From an uncultured bacterium (lineage in GTDB: Bacteria > Oederibacteriota > Oederibacteriia > Oederibacteriales > Oederibacteriaceae): a stretch of 64,000 bases of DNA. The stretch spans positions 2,624,001 through 2,688,000 of the forward strand of contig OZ218778.1 in the NCBI GenBank assembly GCA_965112635.1. The letters run 5' to 3'. Every line of letters begins with the position of its first letter. The first letter of the stretch is position 1. Of the stretch, positions 15,993 through 27,900 are shown in pieces. Both the position numbers and the translations under genes were made by a program. The notes beneath the pieces are model-generated. The model was not told where the DNA came from, ran no database searches, and was given only the letters and a program-made list of their open reading frames with translations.

Positions 15993-18900
15993 TCATTGCT
16001 TTGCTCCTCTGATGACCGCGATCTTCTTGATGATGAGTTTCCTGGAGGTCTTCAACACCACCAGATAAATGTCGTTGGCCACCTCGTCGTTAAAGTTGTT
16101 CCTGCCGTTCCACTTGGTATAGGTCCAGCCGCCGTTGAACATGCCGTCCATCAGGTTGACGACGAGGATATCCCCTGAAAGGTTATAGATATTCAGGGAA
16201 GTCTGTGACGGAGACTCCAAGAAGACCCTGATATTAAGCTGGCCGCCCTGAGTAAAGAGCCTGTTCTTATCCAGGAACAACTGGTCGCCGCCTGGGTTCT
16301 CGTTCAGCGGAATATCCTGGGTCACAATGGTCAGAGGCGGCACAAAGACCGGTATGCTCGTGGGCAGATAACCGGTCTTTGATCCGGTCACCGTGTGATT
16401 TCCCGGTGTGACCTGACCAAAGGTATAGTGGCCCGTGGAATCCGCATAGGTCTGCGACCCGTCCTCCAGCTGGACAAGAGCGCCGGGTATCGGCTGGCCT
16501 GTCTGCGCGTCATAGACAAGCCCGGTCAGGACGCTGAACTGCGGCGTGGGTGTTACCGTCATCGTCTGGGTGATCGTGGCGGTGCCGGTGCTGGTCGTGG
16601 AGGATGTGACCGTGAAGCTCGGGTTCATGGTGGTGGTCGCGGTCATGGTGGCCGTCTGGGTCGCTGTTTCCGTGGCCGTGGTCGTCTGGGTGAAGGTCGG
16701 AGAAACAGTGGGCGTCAAAGTGATGGTCGCGGTCAAAGTCACTGTGCCGCTCTGGGTGCTTGTGGTGGTCACGGTCCCCGTGGCCGTGGCGGTAAAGGTC
16801 CGGCTGCTGGTCGCTGTGGCCGTGGCGGTATAGGTCGCTGTAGCGGTACTGGTGTTGGTATGCGAATTGATCAACGTCACGGTCGCCGTGACGGTGCTAG
16901 TCGCCGTAGCGGTCCTTGTGGCGGTCGCAGTCGCCGTGTTCGTCCTGGTATTGGTGGACGTCGCGGTGACCGTCATAGACAGGGTGTTTGTTGAGGTGCT
17001 GGTCGCCGTGGCGGTCTTTGTGGCGGTCGCCGTGACGGTCGCCGTGTTGGTAGAGGTCGCGGTGGCCGTATAGGTCATGGACATCGTCACCGTAGCCGTA
17101 CTGGTAGCGGTACTCGTGGCCGTAGCGGTGGCGGTCGCGGTGGCCGTGGCGGTAACCGTGGCCGTCCCGGTGGCTGTGGCCGTAGCGGTAGCCGTGCCGG
17201 TGGGGCTTTCCGTAGCCGTCGTGGTTGCCGTCGTTGTGGCGGTCGCCGTGCCGGTGGCCGTCATGGTCTCCGTGGCGGTAGACGTGGCGGTAGATGTGGC
17301 GGTTCCGCAGGACAGGCCAAGGATACTGACATTATCAAAGGTCCCCGTGCTCAAAGCGTTGACATTGCCGCTGTCCACCGCTAATCCCACATACAAGCTT
17401 ATACCCATAGCGATGGTCTGCGGTGAACCGACCATGACCCAGTTGCTGCCGTCTGTGGAAAGATAGCCGGTGAACACGTTGCCCATCCTGGTCAGCTTGA
17501 CCCAGTAGGGCGGCGTCGCCGGTGTGGAGCTCTGGAATGTGCCTGCATTTTCGGCCATGCGGTACTGGAATACGTCCTTCGAGCCTCCCACGCCTCCCTG
17601 GTACAGGGCCATATAGGCGTTGGGAGCGCCGGCATCCAGCGACTCCCTCATCATCACCCCGACCTTGGCTGGAGCGATGCCGGTCACCTCGGCGATGATC
17701 TGGCCGTCTCCGGTCATGATCTGGGACTCAAAGTTGAACGCGTCGGCATTGCCGCCGATGTCGCCGCCCGCGCCGGTCACGGCGAACTGCTGGCAGTAAT
17801 TGTCCGCGGTGCCTGTCAGGCCGACATTGCCGATATCCTGATCTTGCCAGGTGCATGCCCAGGTCAAAGCGCAGGTCGGCGTATCGGTGATGGTGCCGGT
17901 CATGCTCGCGGTGACCGTCAGGGTGATGGTGGCGGTCTCGGTAGCCGTCATGGTAGTAGTGCTGGTCGCGGTCGCTGTGACGGTGAGGGTCACGGTGTCG
18001 GTGTCGGTGGCGGTGGCGGTCTCCGTGTTCGTGTTGGTGATCGTGCTGGTAGCCGTGGAGGTGGCGGTTTCCGTGACCGTTGCAGTGGAGGTGCTGGTGG
18101 CGGTTACCGTAGCGGTCATGGTTTCAGTGGCTGTGCTTGTGGAAGAAGGCGTAGCCGTACTGGTAGCGGTCGCGCTGGCGGTCTGCGTCTCTGTCGCCGT
18201 TCCTGTGGCCGTGGCGGTCGAGGTCATAGTCACGGTCATGGTCTCGGTGCTCGTACTGGTATTCGTGGCTGTATTTGTGGATGTATTGGTAGAGGTAGCC
18301 GTTGTGGTAACGGTGGCCGTATTTGTGGCCGTGCCCGTGGTGGTGTCGGTGGCGGTCTGGGTGTCCGTATTCGTGGCCGTGGCCGTGGCGGTCGAGGTGT
18401 CTGTACTAGTGGCTGTGGCTGTAGTGGTAGCCGTCGCGGTCTGGGTGGCCGTACTCGTGGCCGTACTGGTGTAGGTCAGAGACATGGTCGGCGTACTTGT
18501 AGGGGTAGCAGTCGCCGTAGCGGTCTCCGTATTCGTAGTGGTAGCTGTAGTCGTAGCCGTCGCGGTAGCGGTGGCGGTTTGGGTGTCCGTATTCGTAGCC
18601 GTACCAGTGGATGTTGCTGTATTGGTCGTAGTCCCGGTCATGGTCGCCGTCGCCGTGTTGGTAGCCGTACAGGTCGCGGTGTTGGTGGCGGTCTCCGTGT
18701 CCGTATTCGTGGTCGTGGCCGTGGCCGTCGCGGTGTTGGTATTCGTGGCTGTCGCGGTAGCGGTAGCAGTAGCCGTAGCCGTGGCGGTTGCCGTCGCCGT
18801 AGCCGAGGCTGTATTCGACAAGGTGTCCGTCGCCGTCGTCGTCGCCGTCGCGCTCGCTGTAGCTGTCGCGGAAGCCGTGGCCGTATTGGTGGCGGTCTGG

Positions 18901-21900
18901 GTGCCCGTATTTGTAGCCGTGTCAGTAGTGGTGTCGGTGGCGGTCTGGGTGTCCGTATTCGTAGTCGTAGCCGTCGTTGTCGCTGTGTTGGTACTGGTAG
19001 CCGTGGCCGTAGTCGTGGCTGTAGCAGTAGTCGTGGCGGTTGCCGTCGCCGTCGCCGTGGCCGTATTCGACATCGTATACGTCGCCGTCGTCGTCGCCGT
19101 CGCCGTGGTCGTATTGGTCGCGGTAGCCGTAGCGGTAGCTGTGGCCGTGGCCGTGGCGGTAGTGGTCGCGGTAGCGGTCGCGGTAGCGGTATTGGTCATC
19201 GTCCCTGTTTCCGTATTCGTACCCGTGCTGGTCACTGTCGCAGTCGCCGTATTCGTGGCTGTGGCCGTAGAGGTAGCCGTGGTGGTGTTGGTGGCGGTCT
19301 GGGTGGCCGTATTCGTGGCCGTGCCCGTAGTGGTGTCGGTGGCGGTCTGAGTGGCCGTATTCGTGGTTGTGCCCGTAGCGGTCGCGGTGTTGGTATTCGT
19401 GGCTGTCGCGGTAGCGGTGGCTGTAGCCGTAGTCGTGGCGGTGGCCGTCGCCGTAGTCGTGGCCGTATTGGACAACGTATCCGTCGCCGTCGTCGTCGCC
19501 GTCGCGCTCGCCGTGGAGGTAGCTGTCGCCGTGGCCGTATTGGTGGCGGTCTGGGTGTTCGTATTCGTGACCGTGGCCGTGGCGGTTTCTGTGTTCGTAT
19601 TGGTAGCGGTCGCTGTGGTCGTGGCGGTCGCGGTCGCCGTTGCGGTGGCGGTAACCGTAGCCGTATTTGTAGATGTAAGGGTTGCCGTTGCGGTCGCTGT
19701 AGCGCTCGCCGTAGCCGTGGTGGTGTTAGTGGCGGTCTGAGTGTCAGTATTTGTGGCCGTGGTTGTGGCCGTCGAAGTATTGGTGTTAGTGGCAGTGGTT
19801 GTAGTCGTAGCGGTAGCCGTCGCCGTGGCCGTCGCCGTGGCCGTCGCCGTAGCCGTGTTCGTCATCGTGGTCGTCGCGGTCGCCGTCGTGGTCGCTGTGG
19901 CTGTAGCGGTAGCCGTGGCCGTATTGGTAGCGGTCTGGGTATCCGTATTCGTGGCTGTGGCCGTAGAAGTATTCGTGTTGGAGTTGGTGGCCGTAGCCGT
20001 TGCCGTGGCTGTAGCGGTATTTGTGGCGGTAGCCGTCGCGGTTGCGGTGCTGGTATTTGATAACGTGTTCGTTGCTGTTGCCGTATTTGTAGCGGTAGCC
20101 GTTGCCGTCGCGGTCGCCGTCGCGGTAGCGGTAGCGGTCTGGGTATACGTATTCGTGGCCGTTGCCGTTGCCGTCGCCGTGCTGGTATTGGAGGCCGTCA
20201 CGGTAGCGGTGGCTGTAGCGGTGGCCGTGGCGGTCGCTGTAGCCGTAGCCGTAGCCGTATTGGTAGCGGTCTGGGTGTTCGTGTTCGTGGTTGTGGCTGT
20301 GGCAGTCGCCGTGTTGGTATTGGTGGCCGTGGCCGTAGTCGTCGCTGTGGCGGTATTTGTGGCGGTAGTCGTCGCAGTAGCAGTAGCCGTATTTGACAAC
20401 GTATTCGTAGCCGTAGCCGTAGCCGTCGCGGAAGCCGTAGCCGTATTGGTGGCAGTCTGGGTATTCGTGTTCGTGGTGGTGGCTGTAGCTGTAGCTGTGT
20501 TGGTATTGGTAGCCGTGGCTGTGGCTGTGGCGGTATTTGTGGCGGTAGCCGTAGCTGTAGCCGTCGCTGTGGCCGTGTTCGACAACGTATTTGTCGCTGT
20601 TGCCGTAGAGGTAGCGGTAAACGTAGCTGTATTAGTGGCGGTCTGGGTGTTCGTATTCGTGGTTGTGGCTGTGGCGGTCGCCGTATTGGTATTGGTCGCG
20701 GTAGCGGTGGCTGTAGCCGTAGCCGTCGCGGTAGCCGTCGCCGTAGCGGTAGCTGTAGCTGTGTTCGACATCGTAGTCGTCGCTGTAGCCGTAGAGGTAG
20801 CGGTAAACGTAGCTGTATTAGTGGCGGTCTGGGTATTCGTGTTCGTGGTTGTGGCTGTGGCGGTCGCCGTGTTGGTATTGGTGGCCGTGGCTGTAGCGGT
20901 AGCCGTCGCGGTAGCCGTCGCTGTAGCTGTCGCGGAAGCTGTGGCCGTGTTCGACAAAGTAGCCGTGGATGTAGCTGTAGCTGTAGCCGTCGCTGTCGCC
21001 GTCGCGGTAGCGGTGGCCGTATTGGTAGCGGTCTGGGTGTTCGTGTTCGTGGTTGTGGCTGTGGCGGTCGCCGTGTTGGTATTCGTGGCTGTCGCGGTAG
21101 CGGTAGCTGTGGCGGTATTTGTGGCGGTAGCCGTAGCTGTAGCCGTCGCCGTATTCGACATCGTAGTCGTCGCTGTAGCCGTAGAGGTAGCGGTAAACGT
21201 AGCTGTATTAGTGGCGGTCTGGGTATTCGTGTTCGTGGTTGTGGCTGTGGCGGTCGCCGTGTTGGTATTCGTGGCTGTCGCGGTAGCGGTAGCTGTGGCG
21301 GTATTTGTGGCGGTAGCCGTAGCTGTAGCCGTCGCCGTATTCGACATCGTAGTTGTAGATGTCGACGTCGCGGTTGCCGTCGCTGTGGCTGTCGCGGAAG
21401 CTGTGGCCGTATTGGTAGCGGTCTGGGTATTCGTATTCGTGGTTGTGGCTGTGGCGGTCGCCGTATTGGTATTGGTCGCGGTAGCGGTGGCTGTAGCTGT
21501 AGCCGTCGCGGTAGCCGTCGCCGTAGCGGTAGCCGTGGCTGTGTTCGACATCGTAGTTGTAGATGTCGACGTCGCGGTTGCCGTCGCTGTAGCTGTCGCG
21601 GAAGCTGTGGCCGTATTGGTAGCGGTCTGGGTATTCGTGTTCGTGGTTGTGGCTGTGGCGGTCGCCGTGTTGGTATTGGTAGCCGTGGCCGTGGCTGTCG
21701 CGGTAGCGGTAGCCGTAGCCGTCGCGGTAGCGGTAGCCGTCGCCGTATTCGACATCGTGGTCGTGGATGTCGATGACGCTGTCGCCGTCGCTGTAGCCGT
21801 CGCGGTAGCGGTGGCCGTATTGGTAGCGGTCTGGGTATTCGTGTTCGTGGTTGTGGCTGTGGCGGTCGCCGTATTGGTATTGGTCGCGGTAGCGGTGGCT

Positions 21901-24900
21901 GTAGCTGTAGCCGTCGCAGTAGCCGTCGCCGTAGCGGTAGCCGTCGCCGTATTCGACATCGTGGTCGTGGATGTCGATGTCGCTGTCGCCGTCGCTGTAG
22001 CCGTCGCGGTAGCGGTGGCCGTATTGGTAGCGGTCTGGGTATTCGTGTTCGTGGTTGTGGCTGTGGCGGTCGCCGTATTGGTATTGGTAGCTGTCGCGGT
22101 AGCGGTGGCTGTCGCGGTAGCCGTAGCCGTCGCGGTAGCGGTAGCCGTCGCCGTATTCGACATCGTGGTCGTGGATGTCGCTGTCGCTGTCGCCGTAGCG
22201 GTGGCTGTACTGGTAGCGGTCCGAGTATTCGTATTCGTAGTTGTGGCTGTGGCGGTTGCCGTATTGGTATTGGTTGCTGTCGCGGTAGCGGTAGCTGTGG
22301 CGGTATTTGTGGCGGTAGCCGTAGCTGTAGCCGTCGCCGTATTCGACATCGTGGTCGTCGCTGTCGCCGTTGCGGTTGCCGTCGCTGTAGCTGTCGCGGA
22401 AGCGGTGGCCGTATTGGTAGCGGTCTGGGTGTTCGTGTTCGTGGTTGTGGCCGTGGCAGTAGCCGTATTGGTATTGGTGGCTGTCGCGGTAGCTGTAGCT
22501 GTAGCGGTATTTGTGGCGGTAGCCGTCGCAGTAGCAGTAGCCGTATTTGACATCGTGGTTGTTGATGTCGCTGTGGCTGTCGCGGTAGCGGTAGCTGTAC
22601 TGGTAGCGGTCTGAGTATTCGTATTCGTGGTTGTGGCTGTGGCGGTCGCCGTATTGGTATTGGTCGCGGTAGCGGTGGCTGTAGCTGTAGCGGTAGCTGT
22701 AGCCGTGGCCGTGTTCGACATTGTGGTTGTAGTTGTCGCCGTCGCTGTCGCTGTCGCAGTAGAGGTAGCTGTTGCCGTAGATGTAGCTGTAGCACTCGCC
22801 GTAGCCGTGGCTGTGGCCGTTGCCGTGGCCGTGTTCGACATCGTGGTCGTCGCTGTCGCCGTCGCTGTTGCGGTAGCGGTGGCCGTATTGGTAGCGGTCT
22901 GGGTGTTCGTGTTCGTGGTTGTGGCAGTAGCACTCGCTGTGTTGGTATTAGTGGCTGTCGCGGTAGCGGTAGCTGTAGCGCTCGCTGTTGCTGTAGCCGT
23001 AGCCGTAGCAGTAGCCGTATTTGACATCGTGGTCGTAGATGTCGCCGTGGCTGTTGCGGAAGCGGTAGCTGTGCTGGTAGCGGTTCGAGTATTCGTATTC
23101 GTGGTTGTGGCTGTAGCGGTCGCTGTGTTGGTATTGGTAGCCGTGGCCGTAGCTGTGGCCGTAGCGGTAGCCGTTGCCGTGGCTGTGGCGGTAGCTGTCG
23201 CTGTCATGGACATCGTAGTCGTTGACGTCGCCGTCGCGGTCGCTGTCGCAGTAGAGGTAGCTGTTGCCGTAGATGTAGCTGTAGCACTCGCCGTAGCCGT
23301 AGCTGTAGCCGTCGCCGTGGCAGTGTTAGACATCGTTGTAGTAGTTGTCGATGTCGCAGTCGCTGTCGCAGTAGCCGTGGCCGTTGCTGTGGCCGTATTG
23401 GTAGCGGTCTGGGTATACGTATTCGTGGTTGTGGCTGTAGCGGTCGCTGTGTTGGTATTGGTGGCTGTCGCGGTAGCGGTAGCTGTAGCTGTCGCGGTAG
23501 CCGTCGCGGTAGCGGTAGCCGTCGCCGTATTCGACATCGTGGTCGTGGATGTCGCTGTCGCTGTCGCCGTAGCGGTGGCTGTACTGGTAGCGGTCCGAGT
23601 ATTCGTATTCGTAGTTGTGGCTGTGGCGGTTGCCGTATTGGTATTGGTTGCTGTCGCGGTAGCGGTAGCTGTGGCGGTATTTGTGGCGGTAGCCGTAGCT
23701 GTAGCCGTCGCCGTATTCGACATCGTGGTCGTCGCTGTCGCCGTTGCGGTTGCCGTCGCTGTAGCTGTCGCGGAAGCGGTGGCCGTATTGGTGGCGGTTT
23801 GGGTATACGTATTCGTGGTGGTGGCTGTGGCGGTTGCCGTATTGGTATTGGTGGCTGTCGCGGTAGCGGTAGCTGTAGCGCTCGCCGTAGCTGTCGCTGT
23901 GGCCGTTGCCGTGGCTGTATTCGACAACGTGGTCGTTGATGTCGCTGTGGCTGTCGCAGTGGCCGTAGCTGTACTGGTAGCGGTCCGAGTATTCGTATTC
24001 GTGGCCGTGGCTGTAGCGCTCGCCGTAGCCGTAGCAGTCATGGACATCGTAGTCGTGGACGTCGCTGTCGCGGTCGCGGTCGCAGTAGCCGTGGCTGTAG
24101 CTGTGGCCGTATTGGTAGCGGTCTGGGTGTTCGTATTCGTGGTTGTGGCTGTGGCGGTCGCTGTGTTGGTATTGGTGGCCGTCGCGGTAGTCGTAGCTGT
24201 AGCACTCGCTGTTGCTGTAGCCGTGGCGGTAGCCGTAGCGGTCATAGACATCGTGGTCGTTGTTGTCGCCGTGGCTGTCGCAGTAGCGGTAGCTGTACTG
24301 GTGGCAGTCTGGGTATTCGTATTCGTGGTTGTGGTTGTAGCGGTCGCTGTATTGGTATTGGTGGCTGTCGCAGTAGCGGTAGCTGTAGCGGTATTTGTGG
24401 CGGTAGCCGTAGCTGTAGCCGTGGCCGTGTTCGATAATGTAGTCGTTGTGGTCGCTGTAGCTGTGGCTGTAGCCGAAGCTGTAGCGGTAGCCGTCGCTGT
24501 AGCTGTCGCGGTAGCGGTCGCCGTACTCGTGGCGGTCCGAGTGCTTGTACTCGTGGCTGTGGCGGTCGCTGTGTTGGTATTGGTCGCGGTAACTGTGGCC
24601 GTATTGGTGTTCGTATTCGTGGCCGTGGCTGTAGCCGTATTTGTGGACGTGAATATAGCTGTGGCCGTGGCTGTTGCCGTCGAAGTGGCCGTCGCTGTCG
24701 CCGTGTTCGTAGCGGTCTGACTGTTTGTATTCGTGGTTGTGGCTGTGGCAGTCGCTGTGTTGGTGTTGGTGGCTGTCGCGGTAGCCGTAGCTGTAGCACT
24801 CGCCGTTGCTGTAGCCGTGGCGGTAGCCGTAGCTGTCATAGACATGGTGGTCGTTGAGGTCGCTGTAGACGTAGCTGTGTTGGTATTGGTGGCTGTCGCG

Positions 24901-27900
24901 GTAGCCGTAGCCGTAGCGCTCGCTGTAGCTGTCGCGGTAGCGGTAGCCGTAGCGGTCATGGACAAAGTATTGGTAGCTGTCGCCGTCGCCGTGGCCGTAT
25001 TGGTCGCCGTACTCGTGGCGGTCCGAGTGCTCGTACTCGTGGCTGTGGCGGTCGCTGTGTTGGTATTTGTCGCGGTAGCTGTGGATGTATTGGTGTTCGT
25101 ATTCGTGGCCGTGGCTGTAGCCGTATTTGTGGACGTGAATATAGCCGTGGCCGTGGCTGTAGCCGTCGAAGTGGCTGTCGCTGTAGCCGTGTTCGTAGCT
25201 GTCTGACTGTTCGTATTCGTGGTTGTGGCTGTAGCGGTCGCCGTGTTGGTATTGGTGGCTGTGGCTGTGGCCGTAGCGGTTGCGCTCGCCGTAGCCGTGG
25301 CTGTGGCTGTTGCCGTAGCGGTCATAGACATCGTGGTCGTTGAGGTTGCTGTAGACGTGGCTGTGTTGGTATTGGTGGCCGTGGCGGTAACGGTAGCTGT
25401 AGCACTCGCCGTAGCCGTAGCTGTGGCTGTAGCCGTAGCGGTCATGGACAAAGTATTGGTAGCTGTCGCCGTCGCCGTGGCCGTATTGGTCGCCGTACTC
25501 GTGGCGGTCCGAGTGCTCGTACTCGTGGCTGTGGCGGTCGCTGTGTTGGTATTGGTCGCGGTAGCTGTGGCCGTATTGGTGTTCGTATTTGTGGCCGTGG
25601 CTGTAGCCGTATTTGTGGACGTAAATATAGCCGTGGCCGTGGCTGTTGCCGTCGAAGTGGCTGTCGCTGTCGCCGTATTGGTAGCGCTCTGGGTGTTCGT
25701 ATTTGTGGCCGTGGCTGTAGCCGTATTCGTGGACGTGAATATAGACGTCGACGTCGCTGTCGTGGTGTTGGTGGCCGTCGCTGTCGCCGTGCTCGTAGCG
25801 GTCCGAGTGCTCGTACTTGTAGCTGTAGCGGTCGCCGTGTTGGTATTAGTCGCCGTAGATGTGGCTGTATTGGTATTCGTATTTGTGGCCGTGGCTGTAG
25901 CCGTATTTGTGGACGTAAATATAGCCGTGGCCGTGGCTGTTGCTGTCGAAGTGGCTGTCGCTGTCGCCGTATTGGTAGCGCTCTGGGTGTACGTATTCGT
26001 GGTTGTGGCCGTAGCACTAGCCGTGTTGGTATTGGTCGCGGTAGCCGTAGCTGTAGCCGTAGCGGTGTTGGTATTGGTGGCCGTAGATGTAGCTGTAGCG
26101 GTCATCGACATCGTGGTCGTTGATGTCGCCGTAGACGTTGTTGTATTGGTCGCTGTGCTCGTGGCCGTCTGGGTGCTCGTACTTGTAGCTGTAGCGCTCG
26201 ATGTGTTGGTATTGGTCGCGGTAGCTGTGGATGTGTTGGTGTTCGTATTTGTGGCCGTGGCTGTAGCCGTATTCGTGGACGTGAATATAGACGTCGACGT
26301 CGCTGTCGTGGTGTTGGTGGCCGTCGCTGTCGCCGTGCTCGTAGCGGTCCGAGTGCTCGTACTTGTAGCTGTAGCGGTCGCCGTGTTGGTATTAGTCGCC
26401 GTAGATGTGGCTGTATTGGTATTCGTATTTGTGGCCGTGGCTGTAGCCGTATTTGTGGACGTAAATATAGCCGTGGCCGTGGCTGTTGCTGTCGAAGTGG
26501 CTGTCGCTGTCGCCGTATTGGTAGCGCTCTGGGTGTACGTATTCGTGGTTGTGGCTGTAGCACTAGCCGTGTTGGTATTGGTCGCGGTAGCCGTGGCTGT
26601 AGCCGTAGCTGTAGCACTCGCCGTAGCTGTAGCAGTTGCCGTAGATGTAATAGACATCGTGGTTGTTGATGTCGCCGTAGACGTTGTTGTATTGGTCGCT
26701 GTGCTCGTGGCCGTCTGGGTGCTCGTACTTGTAGCTGTAGCGCTCGATGTGTTGGTATTGGTCGCGGTAGCTGTGGATGTGTTGGTGTTCGTATTTGTGG
26801 CCGTGGCTGTAGCCGTATTCGTGGACGTGAATATAGACGTCGACGTCGCTGTCGTCGTGTTCGTCGCCGTAGCCGTCGCCGTGTTCGTCGGGCTCTGCGT
26901 GTAGGTATACGTGGATGTCGATGTCGCCGTATTTGTATTGGTCGCCGTACTTGTGGCGCTCTGAGTGTTCGTAGCCGTGGCCGTGGCTGTCAACGTGATC
27001 GTATTGGTAGACGTAGATGTGGCTGTATTGCTGTTCGTAGCCGTGGCTGTAGCCGTAGCTGTGCTCGTGGACGTGAATATAGACGTCGACGTCGCTGTCG
27101 TCGTGTTCGTCGCCGTAGCCGTCGCCGTGTTCGTCGGGCTCTGCGTGTAGGTATACGTGGATGTCGATGTCGCCGTATTTGTATTGGTCGCCGTACTTGT
27201 GGCGCTCTGAGTGTTCGTAGCCGTGGCCGTGGCTGTCAACGTGATCGTATTGGTAGACGTAGATGTGGCTGTATTGCTGTTCGTAGCCGTGGCTGTAGCC
27301 GTAGCTGTGCTCGTGGACGTGAATATAGACGTCGACGTCGCTGTCGTCGTGTTCGTCGCCGTAGCCGTCGCCGTGTTCGTCGGGCTCTGCGTGTAGGTAT
27401 ACGTGGATGTCGATGTCGCCGTATTTGTATTGGTCGCCGTACTTGTGGCGCTCTGAGTGTTCGTAGCCGTGGCCGTGGCTGTCAACGTGATCGTATTGGT
27501 AGACGTAGATGTGGCTGTATTGCTGTTCGTAGCCGTGGCTGTAGCCGTAGCTGTGCTCGTGGACGTGAATATAGACGTCGACGTCGCTGTCGTCGTGTTC
27601 GTCGCCGTAGCCGTCGCCGTGTTCGTCGGGCTCTGCGTGTAGGTATACGTGGATGTCGATGTCGCCGTATTTGTATTGGTCGCCGTACTTGTGGCGCTCT
27701 GAGTGTTCGTAGCCGTGGCCGTGGCTGTCAACGTGATCGTATTGGTAGACGTAGATGTGGCTGTATTGCTGTTCGTAGCCGTGGCTGTAGCCGTAGCTGT
27801 GCTCGTGGACGTGAATATAGACGTCGACGTCGCTGTCGTCGTGTTCGTCGCCGTAGCCGTCGCCGTGTTCGTCGGGCTCTGCGTGTAGGTATACGTGGAT

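Noticed and set aside
8176-16285. Flagellar hook-cap (flgD) genes suggested by FlgD-Ig-like motifs
   Set aside because: The motifs are terminal domains of Sec-signal proteins, and no flagellar genes are in the window; they fit CTD-like sorting domains better.
17844-26617. Arg/Pro/Gln-rich and Arg/Gly-rich alternative-frame ORFs (e.g. 20198-22933 minus, 17844-20060 plus)
   Set aside because: Frame-shifted readings of the low-complexity repeat that lack stops because of its codon composition.
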